From a virus (Duplodnaviria > Heunggongvirae > Uroviricota > Caudoviricetes), in the IMG/VR virus record IMGVR_UViG_2563366965_000001, positions 1 to 41,751 of that record: DNA of 41,751 bases. One strand, given 5' to 3'. Each line of letters opens with the position of its first letter. Positions within the stretch are counted from its first letter, which is position 1. The translations under genes and the position numbers were made by a program. Below, in pieces: positions 1-7,288 of this stretch. The notes under the pieces are model-generated. The model had not been told where the DNA came from. It saw only the letters and a list, made by a program, of their open reading frames with translations, and made no database searches.

Positions 1-573
1 ATGTTTTGCGAAGAAAAAGTAGCTCAAATGGCTGCATACCTACTTCTTAAGAGAGGTGGGCGCATGGCATATCTGAAATTGATGAAGCTGCTCTATCTGT
101 CTAACCGCCAGTCGATTTTGAAGCATGGCAGGATGATCGGCGAAGATAGCCTTTACTCTATGAAATTTGGACCAGTCATGTCGAATACGCTGAACTTGAT
201 TCGCGGTAAGGCTGAAGGCATTGGTGACTACTGGTACAACTTGATAGAGACGAACGGGCATAATGTATCGTTGCGTTCAGATCCGAGGGAAATGGATGCA
301 GACGAGGTCTTTGATGAATTGAGTCGTGCAGATATCCGGATTTTAGATGAAATCTATTCTCGGTATGGGCATATGAACCGATTTGATCTCGCAAATATGA
401 CGCATTTAGAAAGCGTTTGTCCAGAGTGGCACGATCCTGGCAATTCTCGTAAGCCTATAGACCTGAAAGAAATGCTGATCAGTGAGGGTAAAAGCGAGGA
501 TGAGGCTAATCGCATAATTGGCAAAATGGAAGAATCTCAGAAACTTAAGGAATTTTCTTTGCAATTATCATGA
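1..573 (+). CDS. Panacea (DUF4065)-domain protein, antitoxin-like (PanA/SocA/GepA-type); may be 5'-partial because the ORF opens at base 1
   Basis: Translation shows AYLKLMKLLYLSN ... MKFGPVMSN, the KLxKLLY / W-or-F-GPV pattern I associate with DUF4065; stop overlaps the next start (ATGA at 570-573). Confidence 0.55.
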   Translation: MFCEEKVAQMAAYLLLKRGGRMAYLKLMKLLYLSNRQSILKHGRMIGEDSLYSMKFGPVMSNTLNLIRGKAEGIGDYWYNLIETNGHNVSLRSDPREMDADEVFDELSRADIRILDEIYSRYGHMNRFDLANMTHLESVCPEWHDPGNSRKPIDLKEMLISEGKSEDEANRIIGKMEESQKLKEFSLQLS

Positions 574-989
574 CGGATTATCAGCCATACAGGAAAGGAA
601 CTGTGCTTGCACCAACTGGACCATGCAATCATCTTCATGTGATTTGTAATGATCCTGTTTATTACCCCGTTAACGATTGTTATTGTGTTTTAGTTGTTAA
701 TATTTCTAGTATCAAGGATGGTGTCCCCCACGATCCGTCTTGCGTCTTGAATTCTGGTGATCATCGCTTTATCAAGCATCCAAGTTATGTTGTTTACGCT
801 GAAGCTATAATTTGGCGAGTGGATAACATGGTTAGAAAGCAGCGATCGGGTGAGATTTCTGTTCATGATGATATGCCAGAAGCTACATTCAATAGAATTC
901 TGGACGGTTTTGATATCTCTGATGAAGTTACGCCAAAGAACCTTAAATTTAAAAATAAATATTGCGTATCATCTATTGATGATGAGTAA
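570..989 (+). CDS. Small protein translationally coupled to the Panacea gene; putative toxin partner, possibly MazF/PemK/Kid-like fold (tentative)
   Basis: ATGA start/stop overlap with upstream gene; AT-rich; segments CVLVVNISS and SYVVYAEAIIWRVDNMVRK resemble the beta-strand/WR pattern of MazF/Kid toxins by eye only. Confidence 0.35.
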   Translation: MTDYQPYRKGTVLAPTGPCNHLHVICNDPVYYPVNDCYCVLVVNISSIKDGVPHDPSCVLNSGDHRFIKHPSYVVYAEAIIWRVDNMVRKQRSGEISVHDDMPEATFNRILDGFDISDEVTPKNLKFKNKYCVSSIDDE

Positions 990-1028
990 ACAACAGGAAT
1001 TGTTTCGGTATAACTTCTGGAGTTTTCT

Positions 1029-1202
1029 ATGGAAGATCAAAAAGCAACCAAGCCACAGGTTAAGTTCGACACAATGAAAGCATTCGTAGGTATGGGTGCT
1101 GCTGTTGAAGTTCTGATGAAGGCTGCTCCTAATGCGTTCACTCACGCTACTGTCTCTGGTAAAGAGCAGCAGGGTAAGCTTCGTCGTCTCAAAGCAGCAT
1201 GA
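1029..1202 (+). CDS. Hypothetical small protein (57 aa), absent from the supplied ORF track (below its length cut-off)
   Basis: ATG at 1029 preceded by GGAG 8 nt upstream; in-frame to TGA at 1200-1202; followed by a hairpin/T-run. Confidence 0.3.
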   Translation: MEDQKATKPQVKFDTMKAFVGMGAAVEVLMKAAPNAFTHATVSGKEQQGKLRRLKAA

Positions 1203-1225
1203 TCATAGCTGGTGCTTTTTGAAAA

Positions 1226-1249
1226 CCCGCCTTCAGGCGAGTTTTTTCT
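1226..1249. terminator. Candidate bidirectional intrinsic terminator between convergent genes
   Basis: CCCGCC-TTCA-GGCG stem followed by TTTTTT on the plus strand; weaker T-run on the minus strand. Confidence 0.4.
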
Positions 1250-1531
1250 TTAGTGATTTTCTTTGCCCTTCTGTTTGACTGTTCTGACCTGTTCCCACTC
1301 GATACGTCCTTCTTCTCGCCTTTTGTCTATGTATTCCGCAAGATCCTGAATATTGATGCAACGTTTTGCTTTTTGTGATGTGCCGATGCGATATGTTGGA
1401 ACGGGCAACTTACAAGCGTTTGCTTTTGCTTCTGCCGTGGCTGGACTCATACCAAAGTACTTTTGGCTAACTGCTGAGAGTTCAATGTTTGGGGTATTGA
1501 ATTCAGCCATCAGTAAAAACAAGGTGTTCAT
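1250..1531 (-). CDS. PrtN-like (pyocin-activator family) small DNA-binding regulator; could act as excisionase-like/early regulator
   Basis: MNTLFLLMAEF... and IQDLAEYIDKRREEG resemble the PrtN family; start set at the internal ATG (1531) because GGAGAA lies 5 nt upstream. Confidence 0.55.
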   Translation of the reverse strand: MNTLFLLMAEFNTPNIELSAVSQKYFGMSPATAEAKANACKLPVPTYRIGTSQKAKRCINIQDLAEYIDKRREEGRIEWEQVRTVKQKGKENH

Positions 1532-1567
1532 AATTTTCTCCATCAAAACCGGCTGCACCCGGGAAAA

Positions 1568-2140
1568 TCATAATTCTGTGCTGGTGGCAGGAATTAATTT
1601 CTGCCAGATAGCGGAAACATATTTTGCCTGATGACGGGCATCAGCCAGGGCGTTGTGCCGTTCGCCATCGAAAGGCATGTCCATTTTGGGGTCGAATCCG
1701 ATGGAACGCCCAAGCGTAACGATCGTGCGTACATCGTGGTCATTCCAGTATGCCCACGGGCAGATTTGTCCTGCTCGCTCATAAGCTCCACGTAAAATTA
1801 CGTTGTCGAAGGTGGCTCCGTTACCCCAGACTTTTAAATATTTCGTATTGTCTGCGTGCCGGTTAATGAAATGATTTAGTTCTGAGAGAGCATCGCTGAT
1901 CGACAAAGTATCATCAATACAGATTGCAGCTCGTGCTTCAGGGCTTTGTTTCAACCACCACAGGATGGTATCGCCGTCAGGTGTAGCTCCTTGCTCCATA
2001 GCACTTTCCAGGCTAACAACCGTATAGAATTCTTGTCCGATGTCTCCGGTTTCTGGAGTGAAGAACACCGCGCCAATGGAAACGATCGGTGCATCCTTAT
2101 TTTTCCCCATCGTCTCAAGGTCGATCATTAAGTTGTTCAT
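1568..2140 (-). CDS. DnaQ-like 3'-5' exonuclease
   Basis: MIDLETMG...SIGAV and VWGNGATFDNVIL motifs (Exo I/II-like acidic residues); GGAGG RBS 7 nt before the ATG at 2140. Confidence 0.6.
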   Translation of the reverse strand: MNNLMIDLETMGKNKDAPIVSIGAVFFTPETGDIGQEFYTVVSLESAMEQGATPDGDTILWWLKQSPEARAAICIDDTLSISDALSELNHFINRHADNTKYLKVWGNGATFDNVILRGAYERAGQICPWAYWNDHDVRTIVTLGRSIGFDPKMDMPFDGERHNALADARHQAKYVSAIWQKLIPATSTEL

Positions 2141-2706
2141 CACTTCACCTCCAGCGGCGGTTCCGGTAGCGGCATCCAGTGAGTTGCTTGCTCAATACCA
2201 TTACCCGGCTTAATCGTTGCATCTCCGCGCCGAAAGGTGCTTCCGGTATAGCGTGCGGAGCATATTAGCGGTTCAACCTGAGAGCTATCGAAATTCACCG
2301 AAATAAGCACGTTCTGGCCCTTTTCAGGCATTCGATCACTACAGCTTATCCAACTATCCGGAGTTCCCGGAGAGTTGCCATTTACATCGAAGTTTGGCTC
2401 TGCGTCCTGAACTAGGAGGATGTAACCATTTTTGGCTGTATCAAGTTCTAACGCCTCGGTGACGGTACCGAAATAGCGATTACCTAAATCAGCATCACAA
2501 GTGCTTACATCAATGGAAACTTCCATGCCTTCGATTAATTCTGGCAAGTTGTAAGTTTGGCTTACAGGCTCTGCTTCCAGCGATACCAGTGCAATTCGTG
2601 CCAGTTCTTCCGCTTCTTCTGCTGGCAGTACAACGTTGCTGCCAGGTCCGTATGTTTCGCGCCACTGCTGGATTGTCAGCAGGCGTTCTTTGGTAATAGT
2701 GGTCAT
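2140..2706 (-). CDS. DUF551-domain phage protein
   Basis: C-terminal HWMPLPEPP signature typical of DUF551; AAGGTGA RBS. Confidence 0.55.
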   Translation of the reverse strand: MTTITKERLLTIQQWRETYGPGSNVVLPAEEAEELARIALVSLEAEPVSQTYNLPELIEGMEVSIDVSTCDADLGNRYFGTVTEALELDTAKNGYILLVQDAEPNFDVNGNSPGTPDSWISCSDRMPEKGQNVLISVNFDSSQVEPLICSARYTGSTFRRGDATIKPGNGIEQATHWMPLPEPPLEVK

Positions 2707-2708
2707 AG

Positions 2709-2900
2709 CTATTTCACCTTAATCTCAACATTTCGCAGCTTTAGCTCTACTGGCAGGTCTGACTTTCCTGTTAATGCTAATGCGAGATTTTCTGGAGTAA
2801 TGAGAGCAGTTATTGTTTTCCCCCTCGCCAGACGAATAATCATTCGTATTTCGCGATCGTCACATGCTCCCGGTCGAACAATTGATATTTGTCCGTTCAT
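2709..2900 (-). CDS. Hypothetical small protein (63 aa)
   Basis: Internal ATG at 2900 with AAGGAGA RBS; 1-nt spacing from the upstream gene's stop suggests translational coupling. Confidence 0.4.
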   Translation of the reverse strand: MNGQISIVRPGACDDREIRMIIRLARGKTITALITPENLALALTGKSDLPVELKLRNVEIKVK

Positions 2901-2901
2901 C

Positions 2902-3480
2902 TCACTCTCCTTTGATGCGAATGCCAGCGGCGCGCTCGGCTTCACTTTGTTCCCAAAACCACTTGTGAAGCTCCATAAGCTTTTCGTCAATCGGTGCATA
3001 TTTGCGATTAAAGTAGGCCTGAGCATCTTTCTCAGATTCGTCCGGTAATTCGCCTGGGCCAAACAGTGTGTTATAAATCCATGCCAGTCCGCTTTTAGCG
3101 TCGCCAGTCGATTGCCATTCGATAATCGCAGCCTGCATGACCAGAATGTTTTTCCCGATTAATAGGTCCAGTTCTTTGTACCGGTTGCGGATGTATGCAT
3201 TCTCTCTTTGTAATTTTGCGTTGCGCTTCTCTGCGGCTTCCAGCTCAACACGCAGTTTCCCTACCGTTAGCGCAATATCCTCGTTCTCCTGGTCACGGCG
3301 TTTGATGTATTGCAGGTTTCTTTCCCGTTCATCCAGTAACGCCAAGACAGCAGCCTGATTGGCCTCAGCTTCAGCAAATTTACGCACTAGGTACTCAGCG
3401 TTTGTTTCGTTCACTTTCAGATCTCGCGGTACACATCTCCCGTGAAGAAACCCTTCCATTTCGAAAACATTCATGCGCAT
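2902..3480 (-). CDS. Coiled-coil early protein (ead/Ea22-like, tentative)
   Basis: Heptad-rich, charged sequence (LQYIKRRDQENEDIALTVGKLRVELEAAEKRNAKLQREN); position in the early-left operon. Confidence 0.4.
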   Translation of the reverse strand: MRMNVFEMEGFLHGRCVPRDLKVNETNAEYLVRKFAEAEANQAAVLALLDERERNLQYIKRRDQENEDIALTVGKLRVELEAAEKRNAKLQRENAYIRNRYKELDLLIGKNILVMQAAIIEWQSTGDAKSGLAWIYNTLFGPGELPDESEKDAQAYFNRKYAPIDEKLMELHKWFWEQSEAERAAGIRIKGE

Positions 3481-4007
3481 TTGCGTAACTCCGATAACTC
3501 GTTAAAACGTTCCATAAACATCCCATAGGCATGGCCTGGCGACAGTGGAATAACTTTGAACATCTCTGTTGCCGGGATGCCTTCCAGTACAGGCCAGAAA
3601 GAGCCATCATCAAGCCCGAGATCACGGCGTTCGGTTGCCAGCATGATGAGATCGGCATATTTCACGGGCGTACTCATAACCGGGGGTAACCCGTATTTCT
3701 CACGGATTACGGCGTCTATTTTTTCTTCCATCCGTTTATAGTCAGGAAGAAGTCGTTTCAGTGGCGCGGGGATGTCCTGGCAATATGCTTCTGTTGCATC
3801 ATGCATTAACGCTTCAAAAGCAAATTCCTGCGGCACCAGCTGGCTGCAAAGCACCGCATGCTGGGCGACACTGTAGAAGTGTGAAAGATGTCCTGCAAAG
3901 CGACAGATATTTGAAAGGGAAACTGCGATATCGTTAATCACGATGTCGTCTTTATTTATCCTGTCATAATAAAAATGCTTCCCGGAAAAAGTTTTAATAA
4001 ATGACAT
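3471..4007 (-). CDS. HD-domain phosphohydrolase (YfdR-like 5'-deoxynucleotidase family)
   Basis: H...HD motif (SVAQHAVL ... EALMHDATEAY); start placed at the ATG with GGAG RBS, giving 178 aa, the length of E. coli YfdR as I recall it. Confidence 0.65.
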   Translation of the reverse strand: MSFIKTFSGKHFYYDRINKDDIVINDIAVSLSNICRFAGHLSHFYSVAQHAVLCSQLVPQEFAFEALMHDATEAYCQDIPAPLKRLLPDYKRMEEKIDAVIREKYGLPPVMSTPVKYADLIMLATERRDLGLDDGSFWPVLEGIPATEMFKVIPLSPGHAYGMFMERFNELSELRKCA

Positions 4008-4102
4008 TTCGTTCTCCACTTTATATGCGCTGCACCGCGCTGAATTCTGCTAAAAGGAAGCTCTCACCATCCGGCGATTATTGAGTCAATTACGTTTCCA
4101 TA

Positions 4103-4123
4103 AATGCCCCCGCAGGGGCATTT
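4103..4123. other. Intra-operon GC-rich stem-loop between the YfdQ-like and HD genes
   Basis: ATGCCCC-CGCA-GGGGCAT perfect hairpin; no strong T-run, so more likely an RNA stability or processing element than a terminator. Confidence 0.3.
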
Positions 4124-4135
4124 GCAGTAATGAAA

Positions 4136-4960
4136 TCAGGCGGTGAAAGTACCAATAAAGGTTTCTACTTTGCTGTCTTTGAATTTCTCAACAAGCAGAT
4201 CACGAAATTCGTTAGCCATTTCTTCCTGCAATGCTTCCAACTGAATAATGCGCAGAACCAGTACAGGACGATCGCCAGTGATAATGCTGAGGCGTAATTT
4301 AAACGGACGTTCTTTCAGGCCTTCAAACGGAACGCATTTAAATTCAAATGCCACTGGCATAATGTCTTTGGTTTTCGCTTCGACAGACTCCATCAGGGAG
4401 CGTTTGCCGCTGAAGTCATTGTCTTCAAAATCAGCGGTCTGGTTCGCTTCAATTGTGATTTTACGGATCGCCGCAGCCGCTTTGGTTGCCTGAATGGCGT
4501 CACCATTAGCATCAAAGCCCACAAGGTAGTCGGCCCAGTCTTCAATCCATTCTGCCAGTGACTTCTGGGAGTTACGCTCGCCATTAACAGACAACAGAGC
4601 AGAGAACGGTGCTGTCTTTTTCAGTTTGAGAGTGGCGGTGTTATCTGCGTGACCTGGTTCATCAATAGTACCCAGGTTAAGCACACTGACGGCACGCATA
4701 TTATCAGCATCGATAAAGCAGCGGGTGCCTTCATCTGCAAGATCTTTAGAATAACGGGTAAAGTCATCGATACTGGCAGTGGAAAGCGCACCACGGAAAC
4801 GGAAGCGATTTAAATTAAATTTTTCCAGATCATGAATGCGGAAATTCTCAGGCAATGCCACAGCATCGGCACCAATCTTACTGATAATTTCATTAACACC
4901 CTGAGCAGAAATAAGGGCATGGATTTGATTAATTGCGGTTGCGTCTAAGTTCTGAGACAT
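4136..4960 (-). CDS. YfdQ-like protein (DUF2303 family), function unknown
   Basis: 274 aa, same length and gene neighbourhood (yfdP-yfdQ-yfdR) as the CPS-53 prophage block; GAGGA RBS. Confidence 0.55.
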   Translation of the reverse strand: MSQNLDATAINQIHALISAQGVNEIISKIGADAVALPENFRIHDLEKFNLNRFRFRGALSTASIDDFTRYSKDLADEGTRCFIDADNMRAVSVLNLGTIDEPGHADNTATLKLKKTAPFSALLSVNGERNSQKSLAEWIEDWADYLVGFDANGDAIQATKAAAAIRKITIEANQTADFEDNDFSGKRSLMESVEAKTKDIMPVAFEFKCVPFEGLKERPFKLRLSIITGDRPVLVLRIIQLEALQEEMANEFRDLLVEKFKDSKVETFIGTFTA

Positions 4961-5025
4961 AATAAGTCCTCACTATATTAAGATATTCAGTGATGAGATA
5001 AATAATCAGTTAATTAAGAACGATA

Positions 5026-5388
5026 TTAATGACCTGCTGCGCGGAGTTTTCCGTCAGGCTCACCGGCAAGAGTCAGTAATTGTCCCTGGTCTTCCTGCAG
5101 AATAGTCAGGCGACCACCGCGATTGACATACATCGGCGTTTCGGTGGTGTCTTCTTCGGAAATTTTCCCGCGGTTAGTCGGGCGAACATATGAGAGTTTG
5201 TGTTTGATTTTCACACGGTTCTCATCAAATGGTTCGATTTCCAGGTTGAGTGAGACCTTACCTTTGGTTTTCGTGTTCATCACACCGGAAGCGACTTCAC
5301 TTAGAACTGCGCCGATTTTGGTTTCAAATACGCCGCCGTCCAGCTCCCCGATAAATGCCTGCACATCAGTACTGCGTTCGCTAGCCAT
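5026..5388 (-). CDS. YfdP-like hypothetical protein (120 aa)
   Basis: Start at the internal ATG (5388) with GAGGAG RBS gives 120 aa; the longer listed ORF would run into the GC-rich spacer. Confidence 0.5.
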   Translation of the reverse strand: MASERSTDVQAFIGELDGGVFETKIGAVLSEVASGVMNTKTKGKVSLNLEIEPFDENRVKIKHKLSYVRPTNRGKISEEDTTETPMYVNRGGRLTILQEDQGQLLTLAGEPDGKLRAAGH

Positions 5389-5436
5389 TTTGCTGCTCCT
5401 CATCATATCGACCCTGCAAGGTCGGTTGGTTTCTCC

Positions 5437-5525
5437 ACAAAACAGAGAAGAACACCTGCGGTGGCAGCCGCCCGGATGGATTGGGTTATGAGCCCGTCGT
5501 CCGGTGATGCTCTTCTCTGTTTTGT
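5437..5525. repeat. Long inverted repeat: 15-bp perfect arms (ACAAAACAGAGAAGA / TCTTCTCTGTTTTGT) separated by 59 bp, inside a GC-rich structured spacer
   Basis: Arms at 5437-5451 and 5511-5525 are exact reverse complements; a second 9-bp perfect palindrome-hairpin (GGTACCAGC ... GCTGGTACC) lies at 5535-5569. Confidence 0.7.
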
Positions 5526-5702
5526 AAAAAGGACGGTACCAGCCGGAAGCAATGGTACAAGCTGGTACCGCCAGGACTACACACAGCATAAAGTTGTGGT
5601 GCCGGGTGCCTCCCGGTGCCTGGCGAAGGTTGCACACCAGACGGGTGGGTATCCACAGAAGGTCGACTGTCAGCCTCAACCTTAACCCGCGTGCGCTGAG
5701 CC

Positions 5703-5792
5703 GCATTCACCACAACGCTAAGGATTCTCTTTGGTTGAAAATACTTAGCTGTTATGTGCCTGTCTTTTCACCACTTCAGGCTCGGTGGTATC
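5703..5792. repeat. Direct repeat A, copy 1 (90 bp; leader/promoter-like block upstream of small plus-strand ORF)
   Basis: 89/90 identical to 6358-6447; partial similarity extends about 15 bp further upstream. Confidence 0.9.
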
Positions 5793-5825
5793 CTTTTAAG
5801 CCCGTATACATAAAAGGAAAATCAA

Positions 5826-6071
5826 ATGACTTTTGATGAAAAAGAACTTGATAATGCAATTAATAAAATCATCGTAACGTCGCTCTTTTCCTGTCTCAGC
5901 GACACTCAGCAGAAACAGTTCTACGAATCGGCTTTCAACATGATCGAGCGTTGTTGTTTCTGCGATGCCGACGAGTTACCTGAAAAAATCAGGAAACAGT
6001 TGGCTGATGCTCTTCGAGTGCGACTTTCTGACCAATTTTCTGAAATGTGCTCTCCGAATTTGGACAAATAG
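5826..6071 (+). CDS. Hypothetical small protein (81 aa), cassette 1 plus-strand gene
   Basis: AAGGAAA RBS 7 nt before the ATG; only ORF covering 5826-5988; AT-rich. Confidence 0.4.
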   Translation: MTFDEKELDNAINKIIVTSLFSCLSDTQQKQFYESAFNMIERCCFCDADELPEKIRKQLADALRVRLSDQFSEMCSPNLDK

Positions 6072-6264
6072 AAAAAGGCCATTTCCATTCAGGGTCTGAT
6101 GGAAATACTTCAGCCTGTTCCAAAGCACGGCGTAAAGAGAATACAACTCCAGCCATAATCTGATGTTTCCCATTGGTCCAGCTATCGCCGCTCTGATCTA
6201 CAGGAGCGGCTATGTCGTATGACCAAACGACTTCACCACTATTGTTTAAAATCTGGACTTTCAT
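5989..6264 (-). CDS. Hypothetical small protein (91 aa, MKVQILNN...), cassette 1 minus-strand gene; 3' end overlaps the convergent plus-strand ORF by 83 nt
   Basis: Start region lies inside repeat B copy 1; GGAGG upstream (long 12-nt spacing); the C-terminal 25-30 residues may not be translated. Confidence 0.4.
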   Translation of the reverse strand: MKVQILNNSGEVVWSYDIAAPVDQSGDSWTNGKHQIMAGVVFSLRRALEQAEVFPSDPEWKWPFSICPNSESTFQKIGQKVALEEHQPTVS

Positions 6265-6285
6265 TTTGTTCTTTAACCTCCAGAT
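6223..6285. repeat. Direct repeat B, copy 1 (63 bp; contains the RBS and first 14 codons of the MKVQ gene plus a 4-codon remnant ...SGG-stop of an upstream gene)
   Basis: 60/63 identical to 6851-6913. Confidence 0.9.
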
Positions 6286-6357
6286 ACGGGCGTTTAATTG
6301 CCCCGCCGAACAGCTCTTTTCCGCAATAGCTGCAATGTCTTTCGCGCATCAGCCTGC

Positions 6358-6447
6358 GCATTCACCACAACGCTAAGGATTCTCTCTGGTTGAAAATACT
6401 TAGCTGTTATGTGCCTGTCTTTTCACCACTTCAGGCTCGGTGGTATC
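6358..6447. repeat. Direct repeat A, copy 2
   Basis: See copy 1; followed by a different small ORF. Confidence 0.9.
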
Positions 6448-6481
6448 TTGGTGTTTTCATATAGCCAAGAAGGAAATAGTT

Positions 6482-6673
6482 ATGACCAAAGAAGAAAAAA
6501 TTCTTTATTTATTCCAACTATCGGTTAAGACTCACACTGCATATCAGACTGCTGCCATGACATCAGATAAAAATTACAGTACGTCAGAAAACCCGATAGA
6601 CGACATAAGCAAGCTTTACGATAAGTTCGAAGCACTACTCGATAAAAAGTTTGCTGAGGCTGGGCTTGAGTGA
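6482..6673 (+). CDS. Hypothetical small protein (63 aa), cassette 2 plus-strand gene
   Basis: AAGGAAA RBS before the ATG at 6482; only ORF covering 6482-6634. Confidence 0.4.
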   Translation: MTKEEKILYLFQLSVKTHTAYQTAAMTSDKNYSTSENPIDDISKLYDKFEALLDKKFAEAGLE

Positions 6674-6811
6674 TTGTTGAATAATCGACAAAACCCAACT
6701 TAAATTTTCGTCAGTGGGCTCGATGCCATGTGCGGTGAGCTCACTTTTCAAAACTCCAAGCAATTCAGAGCTGATTTTCAATATATCTGCTTGATTTCTA
6801 ACTATTCCCAC
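6635..6811 (-). CDS. Hypothetical small protein (58 aa from GTG; 68 aa if the ATG at 6841 is used), cassette 2 minus-strand gene
   Basis: AGGGAGGA RBS 4-5 nt before the GTG at 6811; 3' end overlaps the convergent plus ORF by 39 nt. Confidence 0.4.
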   Translation of the reverse strand: MGIVRNQADILKISSELLGVLKSELTAHGIEPTDENLSWVLSIIQQSLKPSLSKLFIE

Positions 6812-6850
6812 TTTTTCCTCCCTTGGTCTACGCGCGGTCATGTTTTACGC

Positions 6851-6913
6851 CCAAACGACTTCACAGTTATTGTTTAAAATCTGGACTTTCATTTTGTTCT
6901 TTAACCTCCAGAT
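6851..6913. repeat. Direct repeat B, copy 2 (here the MKVQ reading frame is truncated to 15 codons; the ...SGG-stop belongs to the intact ClpX-ZnF gene)
   Basis: Minus-strand reading gives ATG AAA GTC CAG ATT TTA AAC AAT AAC TGT GAA GTC GTT TGG GCG TAA. Confidence 0.9.
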
Positions 6914-7122
6914 TTCCGCGCATCTAAAGGCGCATTCTCATTTGGTGTGAACTGAATAGTTGTGCTGATATTGATTAATGCCCCGACACACAAGACTACG
7001 CACTCAGAGCAGATAGCAACTTCATCTTTTCCGCCTTTGGCGATGATTTTTTTTGCCTGCAGCTCGTTTGCGCCACAAAACGAGCATGTGAAATAACGGT
7101 TCATTTGCGCTCTCTTACACAT
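6901..7122 (-). CDS. Small protein with a ClpX-type C4 zinc finger (ClpX N-terminal zinc-binding-domain-like)
   Basis: CSFCG...(16 aa)...CSECV spacing mirrors the ClpX N-domain CSFCGK...CDEC; first gene left of the cI operator region. Confidence 0.5.
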   Translation of the reverse strand: MCKRAQMNRYFTCSFCGANELQAKKIIAKGGKDEVAICSECVVLCVGALINISTTIQFTPNENAPLDARKSGG

Positions 7123-7199
7123 AGTATTTAACGAATCATCCGGTCATTCATACGCCACCGGCGGCTACTTCGTGGGCGTCCTGCCTGTTCGTTATCTTT

Positions 7200-7288
7200 G
7201 ATATAAAATCTAACTTAACTTAGTTATTATGGCAAGAGAAAACACCAAACTTTTCTTAGTTCGGTGCCTTAGTTAGAGAAGAGAGGTC
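7200..7288. promoter_or_regulatory. OL/PL-like operator region (leftward early promoter)
   Basis: 14-bp palindrome CTAACTTAACTTAG (7210-7223) matches the CTAAN-N4-CTTAG sites seen between cI and cro; further CTTAG half-sites nearby. Confidence 0.4.

Noticed and set aside
5400-5700. Retron msr/msd or tRNA-like gene in the structured spacer
   Set aside because: No reverse transcriptase ORF nearby and no recognisable tRNA T-loop/anticodon architecture; kept only as an unexplained structured region.
5461-5836. Listed ORFs 5461-5685, 5486-5713 and 5552-5836 in the GC-rich spacer
   Set aside because: No RBS, mutually overlapping in different frames, low-complexity translations; the region reads better as non-coding structured DNA/RNA.
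7128-7145. Lambda boxA-like sequence (GCGCTCTCTTACACAT) next to the PL-like region
   Set aside because: It is in plus-strand orientation, whereas the leftward early transcript is minus-strand, so it would not appear as boxA in that RNA; likely coincidental.
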